Virus record (IMG/VR): IMGVR_UViG_3300016649_000566
Location: 1-25,125 of that record
Length of the DNA stretch: 25,125 bases
Source of the DNA: a virus
Taxonomy: Duplodnaviria; Caudoviricetes
Reading direction: 5' to 3' (one strand)
Position 1 is the stretch's first letter; each line of letters opens with the position of its first letter. Below are positions 16,745-23,919 of this stretch, in pieces. The notes under the pieces were generated by a model. The model was given only the letters and a program-made list of their open reading frames with translations, had not been told where the DNA came from and searched no databases. The translations under genes and the position numbers were made by a program.

Positions 16745-17057
16745 GACGTGGTTCCTGTGCGTGTACTTGTGGTTGAGGACGAGAGCTGGCTATGAGTGGT
16801 GAAGCAGGGCCGGGCTCCGGTCGGATAACCTCGGCGTTTGGCCAGCGGTACCGGACTTCTTCCAAGGCCTGGGCTTCTGTCATGGGCTCTCCGATCATGC
16901 TGCAGAGCACTTTCCCGTCTCGAACCACGCACCAATGGGAATGGCTTGGCTCTATTGGCTCTGCGTATGCGTCGGGCTGTATTTCGAGATTTGGCTGTGG
17001 TTGTTCTGGCGGCGCTACCGCACTCAACCGCTCAAACATGCCGCGCAGGACTGTCAT
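16734..17057 (-). CDS. Hypothetical protein (107 aa)
   Basis: ATG 17057 with GGAG RBS; overlaps the GNAT start by 11 nt. Pro-rich ends flank a compact core (HWCVVRDGKVLCSMIGEPMTEAQALEEVRYRWP). Confidence 0.65.
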   Translation of the reverse strand: MTVLRGMFERLSAVAPPEQPQPNLEIQPDAYAEPIEPSHSHWCVVRDGKVLCSMIGEPMTEAQALEEVRYRWPNAEVIRPEPGPASPLIASSRPQPQVHAQEPRHGH

Positions 17058-17410
17058 GGCCGGTTCTCCAGAACAGATGTGTGTTCCCACCTGTTCACAC
17101 TTCTTTGTTTTAGTGGGAACGCTCGCAGCCCACGGCCGCTCTGGCTGTTCCCACCGTTCCCACTGTTCCCACCACTTTTTCCCTTCGCCCGATGCAGTAG
17201 CTCGAAAGCGTGGTGCGCGAATCGAGTCTTCTCAGCACGATCACCACAATGTGTTTCTGTGATTCTGAAAACGGTGGGAACAGTGGGAACCGGGGGAACG
17301 AGCCCGGCCAGTAAGGGCTCCAGGCGTTCACACTTGTTCCCACTATGAGAATTGGTGGGAACAGAGCTGCTGCACGAATTTGGCTGGATGGGGGTGCGAA
17401 GACTGGTCAT
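17054..17410 (-). CDS. Questionable 118-aa ORF spanning the iteron array
   Basis: ATGA overlaps at both ends (17407-17410 and 17054-17057), but VPPVPTVPTV and GGNSGNGGNS are simply translations of the iterons. Confidence 0.35.
   Translation of the reverse strand: MTSLRTPIQPNSCSSSVPTNSHSGNKCERLEPLLAGLVPPVPTVPTVFRITETHCGDRAEKTRFAHHAFELLHRAKGKSGGNSGNGGNSQSGRGLRAFPLKQRSVNRWEHTSVLENRP
17083..17362. repeat. Iteron array, putative replication origin (12 copies of GTTCCCAC and variants in both orientations)
   Basis: Forward GTTCCCAC at 17083, 17147, 17156, 17165, 17336; reverse GTGGGAAC at 17113, 17274, 17283, 17355; variants GTTCACAC at 17093 and 17326, GGGGGAAC at 17292. It lies directly downstream of the helicase, where SaPI/PICI origins sit. 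Confidence 0.85.
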
Positions 17411-19203
17411 TGGCCGAGTGCCTCGCGATCCATGGCCTCTGAGTCGACTACGTACAGGCCGCTAGTGCCCCCTCCTGGAAGTCGGTATTTCTTGGTATGG
17501 CGCTTCTTGTCGGAGTCGCGTTTGGCAAGGGCTCCCGCGCCTTCAAGAGCTTTGACGACGCGGCTCAGTCCATAACCGTGCGCTGCTTCGATCAACGCGG
17601 ACTTGTTGAATAGGTAAAGCCGCTTGGTGCCGGACATTTCCCAATAGCCGGCACGGTTGGAAACCTTCACCTCTGACTGACCTTCGGCTACATCGGAGAA
17701 TCGGCTGCTACCGTGGCGGTCAATGAAGTCCAGGATGCCGGACAAGATCTGGCGGTCTTCAGCGTTGCCACTGCCAACTCTGTTGAGCCATTCGCGGTAC
17801 AGCAGTTGGCAGTCCGCCAGGGCGCTACCTTCAGGCCATGGGAGCAGTTCGTAGGCGACTGCCATTTCGCAAGCCAGCGCGATGACCGCAAAGCGGTCGG
17901 CGACTCGTCCGGCTTGCGCATTGTCTTCCGCGAATGTGGCGCGCACCTTGGCGAAGTCTTCCAGTAACCCTGGACGATCATCGCTAGCCAGTAGCCGTTC
18001 AACGAACGCCGGCCCGACGTGGCCATGACTGCGAGTGACAGCGACAGTCAGTTGGCGGTGGAAGTCCGCACCCTCAAGTCCGTGCAGTTCGTCAAAGGCG
18101 CGGTGGGTGCGAGTGCCCGCGTTCACGTCGACCATGCGCAACTCGGCACCGGCGTGGGCGGCATTGCCCGAGATCGCAGCGTGCTCGGACAGAGACCGCT
18201 CGCCGCTTGAGAGTGCAAGCAGGCGCCAATTCAGCCTGGCTCTGCCTTCGCGCTCCCGGGTCATCGTGCCTTTGCCTTGCCCGTTTGCCAGTGCATAGGC
18301 CATTTCTTGAACGCGCTTGGGATCGGCGCGCTTGATTTCATCCAATGGAAGGAGGGTGTCGTTTCGTGATGACGCCTCAATTTCCAAACCACCCTTGGTC
18401 ATGTCCCACGATGCCGCGAAGACACCGGGGTCACCCCATACTGATGATCCAACCAACTGAACCAATGACTTGCCGCTTGAGCTGTCACCTACGAGGTGAA
18501 CGCCACCGCCGAGTACGCCGACCAGGCTCAGCAGTGGCCCAGCAAGCGCGCAGCCGATGGAAAGTGTCAGTACCGGGTTGCCGGCACATTTGGCCGCGAC
18601 TTCCAGTTGCCAGGTGGCCAGGTCTCCCTTCGTCTTGAACAGATTTTGCGCTTGGCTGCTGGCTTGGTAGCGAACCTTGTCACTACCGATAGTGCGTCCA
18701 GGCAAAACAAACGCCCCAGACTCATGCCAGCCTGGCCGGCTTGTGGTGACGAAAACATCGGTTGGGTGCTGCTCAAGCAGGTATTCCATGAAGTGGCTGC
18801 GCTTCTTGAGGGAAATGATCACCCCCATAGAAAACAGAGCTCGCCTGGCTTCCTCACCGCTGCCGCCAAACACCTCCATGGCAATAATCCAATCCTTCAC
18901 CCCGCTGTCGGTGACCATGCGGAGCAAGCGACCCTCACTGCCGTCATCGCTGTTGGTAGTGCGAGCCACGACTTTGACGGGGCTAGAGATCCACTCATCG
19001 GTGATTGCTCGGTCATCGCTGGCGCCATCAACGTCGTCCTGATCTGAATCACGCTTGAAGCCGTGCCAGTAAACGCCCGGCTTGAGTTTGCGGCCTTTCT
19101 CGTTGGTGACCCATTGGTCGTACACCGCCCAGCAGGGACGATTAGGCGCAATTACTGCGGCATCAGGCCGAAGGTTGATCACGTTGGTGTCAGGCTTGGC
19201 CAT
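17407..19203 (-). CDS. DUF927-domain replication helicase/initiator (598 aa)
   Basis: Walker A GDSSSGKS, Walker B LLPLDEI, YALANGQGKG, WRLLALSSGE and RVADRFA motifs. ATG 19203 overlaps the end of the primase gene. Confidence 0.88.
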   Translation of the reverse strand: MAKPDTNVINLRPDAAVIAPNRPCWAVYDQWVTNEKGRKLKPGVYWHGFKRDSDQDDVDGASDDRAITDEWISSPVKVVARTTNSDDGSEGRLLRMVTDSGVKDWIIAMEVFGGSGEEARRALFSMGVIISLKKRSHFMEYLLEQHPTDVFVTTSRPGWHESGAFVLPGRTIGSDKVRYQASSQAQNLFKTKGDLATWQLEVAAKCAGNPVLTLSIGCALAGPLLSLVGVLGGGVHLVGDSSSGKSLVQLVGSSVWGDPGVFAASWDMTKGGLEIEASSRNDTLLPLDEIKRADPKRVQEMAYALANGQGKGTMTREREGRARLNWRLLALSSGERSLSEHAAISGNAAHAGAELRMVDVNAGTRTHRAFDELHGLEGADFHRQLTVAVTRSHGHVGPAFVERLLASDDRPGLLEDFAKVRATFAEDNAQAGRVADRFAVIALACEMAVAYELLPWPEGSALADCQLLYREWLNRVGSGNAEDRQILSGILDFIDRHGSSRFSDVAEGQSEVKVSNRAGYWEMSGTKRLYLFNKSALIEAAHGYGLSRVVKALEGAGALAKRDSDKKRHTKKYRLPGGGTSGLYVVDSEAMDREALGQ

Positions 19204-20071
19204 TTGTGAGCTTCCAGTTGGCGAGGTCGTTGAAGTCTGTGAGGTCATCGGGTGCACCTTCTGGCCACTCAGGGAAAGCCACTTGGCCGCCTACGGCCGC
19301 CGCCGCCGCATTTGCTGCTGAGCGTCCTGGGTTGCCGTCTGTGAGTCGGTCGTCGTCGCCGGCTATAACGATTGGCTGACCTGGGTAACGGGCACGCAGC
19401 CCCATAGCTGCCGGGATCAAGTTCCCTGCGTTCATGGCTGCGGCGACGACGTAGCCGCCGTGCTGGTGAAGGCTGGCGGCCGTCGCCCATCCTTCGCAGA
19501 TGCAAAGCACAGAACCCGGCTCAATGATGCCCAGCGGCGAATAGGTGCCCTTCACGCGGCCGCCGGGTAGGAAGCGCTTGGCTCCGTCCGGGGCGATCCT
19601 TTGTAGGTTGATCAGGCGACCATCCAAGTACAGAGGGATGAGCAGGTCAGCACCTCGCTGGCGCAGGCCATGAGGGCGCACTGACTTGGCGACTAGGTAT
19701 GGATGATCTGGGTTAGCGCGCCGTGCATTTCGCCACCAGCGGTCGGCAAGTTCCGATGCCTTCTGCTGGCGCTGGAGTTGCTCTGCTTTGCGCTGGCGTC
19801 GTGCCTGGTCAACTCGCTCGCGGATCTGTGCGGCCTCGCGGGCGTCCACAGGCTCACGACTGCACCAGGTGCTGGCGCTGCCGGACTTCCAGCTGCCGAA
19901 TGCACCGGAAGCGATTCCGTCCAAGTACAGGACATACCAGCCATTGAGAGTGCCGGGCTTGTCTTCTGGAACGCGGAACCGGTGAATGGCACCGTCTGGC
20001 AGGGGAAGCCAGTCAAGCTGGCCATAGGCAGCTTGGAGTGCGTCACGGAAAAGGATGATTGCGTCAGTCAT
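19190..20071 (-). CDS. Toprim-domain DNA primase (P4 alpha-like N-terminal module), 293 aa
   Basis: HPYLVAK, LINLQRI, ICEGWATAAS (Toprim Glu), IAGDDD (DxD) and DFNDL motifs. Confidence 0.9.
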   Translation of the reverse strand: MTDAIILFRDALQAAYGQLDWLPLPDGAIHRFRVPEDKPGTLNGWYVLYLDGIASGAFGSWKSGSASTWCSREPVDAREAAQIRERVDQARRQRKAEQLQRQQKASELADRWWRNARRANPDHPYLVAKSVRPHGLRQRGADLLIPLYLDGRLINLQRIAPDGAKRFLPGGRVKGTYSPLGIIEPGSVLCICEGWATAASLHQHGGYVVAAAMNAGNLIPAAMGLRARYPGQPIVIAGDDDRLTDGNPGRSAANAAAAAVGGQVAFPEWPEGAPDDLTDFNDLANWKLTNGQA

Positions 20072-20286
20072 GCGGCACCCAATGGTGGGCTGTGCCGCTC
20101 AACCACTGCTGTCAGCAATTCCACCATGCCGTCCAAGCAATGCTTGCCCAACGGATCCTGCTCACGATCACGCAGCTTGATCAGATGATCTAGACCCACG
20201 TTGATCATGCTCAGGCTACGAGCGTCGATATGTGGGCGCTCTTTGACTGACACGCTCATTGTCGGATCGAACGGGATCACGGACAT
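20068..20286 (-). CDS. Hypothetical protein (72 aa)
   Basis: ATG 20286 with GGAG RBS; ATGA overlap with the primase start. Confidence 0.6.
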   Translation of the reverse strand: MSVIPFDPTMSVSVKERPHIDARSLSMINVGLDHLIKLRDREQDPLGKHCLDGMVELLTAVVERHSPPLGAA

Positions 20287-20582
20287 GGCAGTGTCTCCAC
20301 TGTGATTGGCTGTGAAGGTTCTGTGCCAGCGAACTTTCGGGCGATTGACCCATTGTTCATGCAGCGCCAATAGGTCGGCTCGTCCAAGGATTCAACCTGG
20401 CTCGATGTCACCAAGGCTCCAGGACTACGCATAACTACGCGTCCACATTCGGCGTCAGACGCAGTCAGAAAGGGCCCCATGAGCGGTTTCGGTGCTTTGG
20501 GGTGCGTGACGAAAAACAGCTCAGTGACTTTTTTCAGGCAAGCCGATCCCGTCGACGCTTTGGCGCCGTTTTGAATTTTCAT
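20277..20582 (-). CDS. Hypothetical protein (101 aa)
   Basis: Fits the tightly packed minus-strand operon: 3 nt after the upstream stop and overlapping the next gene. Confidence 0.6.
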   Translation of the reverse strand: MKIQNGAKASTGSACLKKVTELFFVTHPKAPKPLMGPFLTASDAECGRVVMRSPGALVTSSQVESLDEPTYWRCMNNGSIARKFAGTEPSQPITVETLPCP

Positions 20583-20585
20583 GGG

Positions 20586-20888
20586 TTAAGCCTCTTTCTG
20601 GGTGCTACGCAGTTCGATGTGAGAGCTGGCCGCCGCTTCGATACTCGCCATGTTTGAAGTTAGCTTTCCTAAGGCTTGAAGCAGCCAGCCAAGATCGGCC
20701 ACGGTATCGGTGTTCAAGCCTGCGTCCTCGTTCATCGCGGCGCTTGCCAGCATCACGCCTATAGCGGCAATGCCATGGCTAATGGTTCCACTCATGTCGT
20801 GTGCGGCAGAGCCTATGCTTTTCAGCTTTTCGGTGGAGGCGTCCCCGAAGTATTCAGGGTCGATCAGTAAATGCTTCAACGCGTTCAT
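20586..20888 (-). CDS. Hypothetical helical protein typical of satellite small-gene clusters (100 aa)
   Basis: ATGA-coupled; amphipathic helices GIAAIGVMLASA and VADLGWLLQALG. Confidence 0.7.
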   Translation of the reverse strand: MNALKHLLIDPEYFGDASTEKLKSIGSAAHDMSGTISHGIAAIGVMLASAAMNEDAGLNTDTVADLGWLLQALGKLTSNMASIEAAASSHIELRSTQKEA

Positions 20889-21190
20889 TGGGCGGCCCTC
20901 TTGGTGAGGTCTGTCAGAACTTCGGCGAGATCGCCTCGCGCCTGGCAGTAGAGCAAGTCCAGATCCTCAGCATCGTGATCGGCCGTGTATTGGGACGAGC
21001 CGACGCTTGATTTGCTTCCTGGATAGCGACGGTTCAGCAGCTCTACTGCCTCTGTTGCATCAACCTCTGTCGCGAACGGGGCAATGATTCTGGCAATGAG
21101 GATGCCATTGCCTTGCTTAGCCGGCGTCATGACCATGAAGTAGCTGTCACCTCGTGCTACGCCAGGATTAGTGATTGCGATGATCGACAT
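20885..21190 (-). CDS. Hypothetical protein (101 aa)
   Basis: Strong AAGGAGGT RBS before ATG 21190; coupled to the downstream gene. Confidence 0.7.
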   Translation of the reverse strand: MSIIAITNPGVARGDSYFMVMTPAKQGNGILIARIIAPFATEVDATEAVELLNRRYPGSKSSVGSSQYTADHDAEDLDLLYCQARGDLAEVLTDLTKRAAQ

Positions 21191-21500
21191 TTGCCACCTC
21201 CTTGGCTTCCGCGAAGCGATCAGCCTCACGCCAGTGCTGAGCGAGGAAACCGGCCGAGTGAAGATGAACCTCGCTTAGCAGCGTTGTGAGGCGGACGCTC
21301 ACTGGATGGCGTGCACCGCCCATAGCGGGGAGGACTGCATCGGTAAGGAGCGACCTCAACTCGTCGAACATCTCGCGTGCATTACGCAGTCCGATCAGCT
21401 CAGACGCAGAGAGCGTGACTGGGCCAATGACGGATCCGTTAACGTTTGTGGGGGCTTGGAGTTCGCCATGCTTGATGGCGATAGAGGCGACAGTGCTCAT
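21168..21500 (-). CDS. Hypothetical protein (110 aa)
   Basis: GGAGG RBS and ATGA overlap at 21497-21500. Confidence 0.65.
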   Translation of the reverse strand: MSTVASIAIKHGELQAPTNVNGSVIGPVTLSASELIGLRNAREMFDELRSLLTDAVLPAMGGARHPVSVRLTTLLSEVHLHSAGFLAQHWREADRFAEAKEVANVDHRNH

Positions 21501-21751
21501 TGGGCAGCCTCCTGCGGGAGGCCATGCAGTGCGGTCATGCATGACGCCATTGCGGCCCGTACTGCCAATTGGATTAGGAACGGATCGAAGTGGCCACCTG
21601 CGACGGCCTCACTCAAGCAACCTTCAACTGAGTAGAGAAGGCTGTAGGCCTGTTCGATGGCGTCCTCGGCGGGAATGCCCGGTACCGCCTGGTAGTGAGC
21701 GGTCGTAGCGCCGGGGGCCTTGAAATTTACCGCTTCCAGATGAGCGTTCAT
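21497..21751 (-). CDS. DUF3077-like small protein (84 aa)
   Basis: YQAVPGIPAEDAIEQAYSLL resembles the Pseudomonas DUF3077 pattern; GGAGG RBS; ATGA-coupled on both sides. Confidence 0.6.
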   Translation of the reverse strand: MNAHLEAVNFKAPGATTAHYQAVPGIPAEDAIEQAYSLLYSVEGCLSEAVAGGHFDPFLIQLAVRAAMASCMTALHGLPQEAAQ

Positions 21752-22206
21752 TGCGCACCTCCAAGATTATCCAGGGTGCGAGCGGCTGACATGTGGACGT
21801 TGTAGCGGTTCAAGCGAACAGCAAGGGACGAGTTTGCGCGAAGAGCGCTCAAGGCCAGACGGCGATGAACAAGGGCGCGAATTTTGGACGGAGTGAGGGC
21901 GTGCATAGGTGGAGCTCCTTCTGCTGAGGAGCTGCCACGATCCTTCCTACGGGATTGGGTGGCAGCTGTGTGCAGGGTAGGAATACCGGGGCAAAAGGAA
22001 CCCGGCAGGGCCGAAGCCCTCCCACACACAGCCGCCATAAAACGATATTTCAGGCATAAAAAAACGCCTGAGATAGAGTTCTGGGCGCTGGGCGCCTTTT
22101 GCTTACTCGGGTTCCTACACCCGGTCACTGAATTTGCAGTGACAGGCGAACTGTAGTCGTCCTGAGAAGGCTTGGCAAGCGTTGGGAACCGCTGATAACG
22201 ATTCAT
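21748..22206 (-). CDS. Ash-like ORF (152 aa) with an internal in-frame start at 21906 giving a 52-aa basic Icd/Kil-position peptide
   Basis: ATGA-coupled to alpA. The MAAVCGRASALPGSFCPGIPT segment is the translation of the C4 RNA, as in P4 ash-type ORFs. Internal ATG 21906 has a GAAGGAG RBS. Confidence 0.6.
   Translation of the reverse strand: MNRYQRFPTLAKPSQDDYSSPVTANSVTGCRNPSKQKAPSAQNSISGVFLCLKYRFMAAVCGRASALPGSFCPGIPTLHTAATQSRRKDRGSSSAEGAPPMHALTPSKIRALVHRRLALSALRANSSLAVRLNRYNVHMSAARTLDNLGGAQ
21957..22040 (-). ncRNA. C4-type antisense RNA (P1 c4 / P4 CI family)
   Basis: Closing stem GGCGGCTGTGTG / CACACAGCTGCC, hairpin AGGGC-TTCG-GCCCT, hairpin CCGGG-TTCCTTTTGC-CCCGG. Single-stranded CCTTTTGC and TTCCTAC have complementary targets upstream (22095-22102, 22112-22118) and downstream (21944-21950, 21916-21924). 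Confidence 0.85.
22150..22178 (-). promoter_or_regulatory. Sigma70-type promoter for the C4 leader (P4 PLE-like position)
   Basis: Minus strand TTGCCA (22178-22173), 17-bp spacer, TACAGT (22155-22150), followed by hairpin GTCACTG/CAGTGAC (22124-22143). Confidence 0.65.
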
Positions 22207-22424
22207 GCCGCTTCACCGCGACTCTCGGCAATGCGGGCATCCAGCCAGGCCAAAACCTCTGCCTCGATCCAGACAACGCACTTAGGGCCCAGGGTGACTT
22301 GCTTGGGGAATGTGCCGGCGGCAATTCGCCGATAGACCTCAGACGTCGAAAGACTGGACAGCTCTTTGACGTGGATGATTTTGATGAACTTGCGGGACGG
22401 GGCTTGATTGGTTGCGCTTGCCAT
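22203..22424 (-). CDS. alpA: AlpA-family regulator / excisionase of the element (73 aa)
   Basis: FIKIIHVKELSSLSTSEVYRRIAAGTFPKQVTLGPKCVVWIEAEVLAWL; GGAGG RBS; canonical PICI position at the head of the replication operon. Confidence 0.9.
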   Translation of the reverse strand: MASATNQAPSRKFIKIIHVKELSSLSTSEVYRRIAAGTFPKQVTLGPKCVVWIEAEVLAWLDARIAESRGEAA

Positions 22425-22485
22425 CGTCTGCGCCTCCTAGGGCGGTTTGGGTAATCGACGATGGCAATGCTGGAGAGGGTGGTGG

Positions 22486-22538
22486 CATGTCAGGAAGGGG
22501 TGTCATGGCGTCATGTCACCCTGACATGTAGTCATGTC
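22486..22538. promoter_or_regulatory. CATG/GTCATG-rich operator-like cluster upstream of alpA
   Basis: IR CATGTCAGG (22486-22494) / CCTGACATG (22520-22528); GTCATG at 22502, 22510 and 22531. Confidence 0.55.
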
Positions 22539-22557
22539 GCTGTGTCTAAAGGCGACT

Positions 22558-23871
22558 TCATAGGTCTGGTAGGTCATCAGGCCTGATGATGGTTGCTAGT
22601 TCCTTCGCTTTGCGCGGTGGCTCGTTGGTCTTCTGATAGTCCACGCCTAATGCTTCGCATATCGCATACCCGATCTCCTTCTGAGTCGGCTGGCGCTTGT
22701 CTGGCGTGTAGCCCGCCCATTTTTCCATGGCTACAGATCTCAGAGCCTCAAGCCCTCTTGTGGAATATGGGAAGCTAATACCTGAAGAGCCATCTGCCTC
22801 CGGGTTGTTCGACTGCTGAAGTGATAGCAGTTGTTCGCTTTGCGCAGCGATAAGCTCCTTCAGATCCAATATTTCCGATTCATGTGCATGAGAAGTAGTG
22901 CCTGCTTGCTGCGAGCCTTCAAGGCCGGCCCTCAAGGGGTTCAAATCTGAGCCTAGCTCCGCCAATAAGCGACCATCTTCAAACTTGATGCAGTAGCTCA
23001 ACCGATCGTTGAAATGATTGATCGAGATTTGTAGCTTTCCAAGGCGCTGAGCCAGCTCCGAGCCGTTGTATTCGGCGGGCTGCTCATCAGGCTGGTGGGG
23101 CTCAACGCTAGACCAACCGCCACGTTCATCAACAATCTGGCCCATCCGTTCGATGTCAGATGGTCGGAACAGAACTTCATAGTCCTCCAGGTCGTTAATC
23201 CACCAGCGGCGGTTGGGCACGATCTCTTCGAGACCGTACCGATCGACGTGAATTGCTGCCCCCAACAGGTGTAGCGGATCACCTTCCCCGTTCACCGGAT
23301 TCATTACCTGACAGATGCCCAGTCCATAGACCTTTCGATGCTCATGCTCCCCCTCTGCGGCGTATGTGAGCCCCCGAACAGCTCGGCAGTCCATGAAGGC
23401 ATCGCACATTTCAAAGCCGACCATCGCCCAAAGCGTGTGCCACTCAACGTGATGACCGGATATGCGCTCCATCCAGTCGAGAGCCTGGTCTGCCGTAAGG
23501 TAATCCAAATGGCGATAGACCTCTTCCGGTTCGCCGAGCTGCAGTATTGCAGGCGCGGGGAGGGGAGCGTACGGCTGCGCCGGCGAGGTAACGTTCAGTT
23601 CATGGCTAACCTGTAACCCAAGCAATCCCAAGAGCTCTGCCCACTTTTTCACGTCTTGCTTGTAGCTTTTGAAAAGCTCAACGGAACTGCCGCCTATCGC
23701 CTTTGCGACGGAGTCCAGGCCAACAGACTCAACTCGACTGAGCATCAACGCCTCTAGTTCCCGTAGGGACGATGAGGGTGGAGCATTTTCTTTAACGAAT
23801 AGGCTCATTGTCGGATCTGTTATGTGAGGATCTTCTAGAGAGGCGGGTGCAGAGGTATTGTCGTCGTTCAT
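22558..23871 (-). CDS. Multi-domain putative regulator with degenerate CII-like N-terminal domain (~437 aa)
   Basis: Long ORF between int and alpA (the PICI regulator position). N-terminal RELEALMLSRVESVG..VAKAIG...WAELLGLLGLQV, a coiled-coil, and a C-terminal helical domain PTQKEIGYAICEALG. Start uncertain (23871 or 23916). Confidence 0.7.
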   Translation of the reverse strand: MNDDNTSAPASLEDPHITDPTMSLFVKENAPPSSSLRELEALMLSRVESVGLDSVAKAIGGSSVELFKSYKQDVKKWAELLGLLGLQVSHELNVTSPAQPYAPLPAPAILQLGEPEEVYRHLDYLTADQALDWMERISGHHVEWHTLWAMVGFEMCDAFMDCRAVRGLTYAAEGEHEHRKVYGLGICQVMNPVNGEGDPLHLLGAAIHVDRYGLEEIVPNRRWWINDLEDYEVLFRPSDIERMGQIVDERGGWSSVEPHQPDEQPAEYNGSELAQRLGKLQISINHFNDRLSYCIKFEDGRLLAELGSDLNPLRAGLEGSQQAGTTSHAHESEILDLKELIAAQSEQLLSLQQSNNPEADGSSGISFPYSTRGLEALRSVAMEKWAGYTPDKRQPTQKEIGYAICEALGVDYQKTNEPPRKAKELATIIRPDDLPDL

Positions 23872-23919
23872 TTCATGTCTCCCAGGCCTAAGTCTCAATT
23901 TATATAGGCCCGCCAATTG

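Noticed and set aside
17083-17362. CRISPR array
   Set aside because: Repeats are 8 bp, in both orientations and without unique 25-45-bp spacers; there are no cas genes.
21957-22040. tRNA gene or att-site tRNA fragment
   Set aside because: The structure is cloverleaf-like but has no T-loop GTTCRA in the proper position and no D-arm consensus; the complementary flanking targets identify it as a C4-type RNA.
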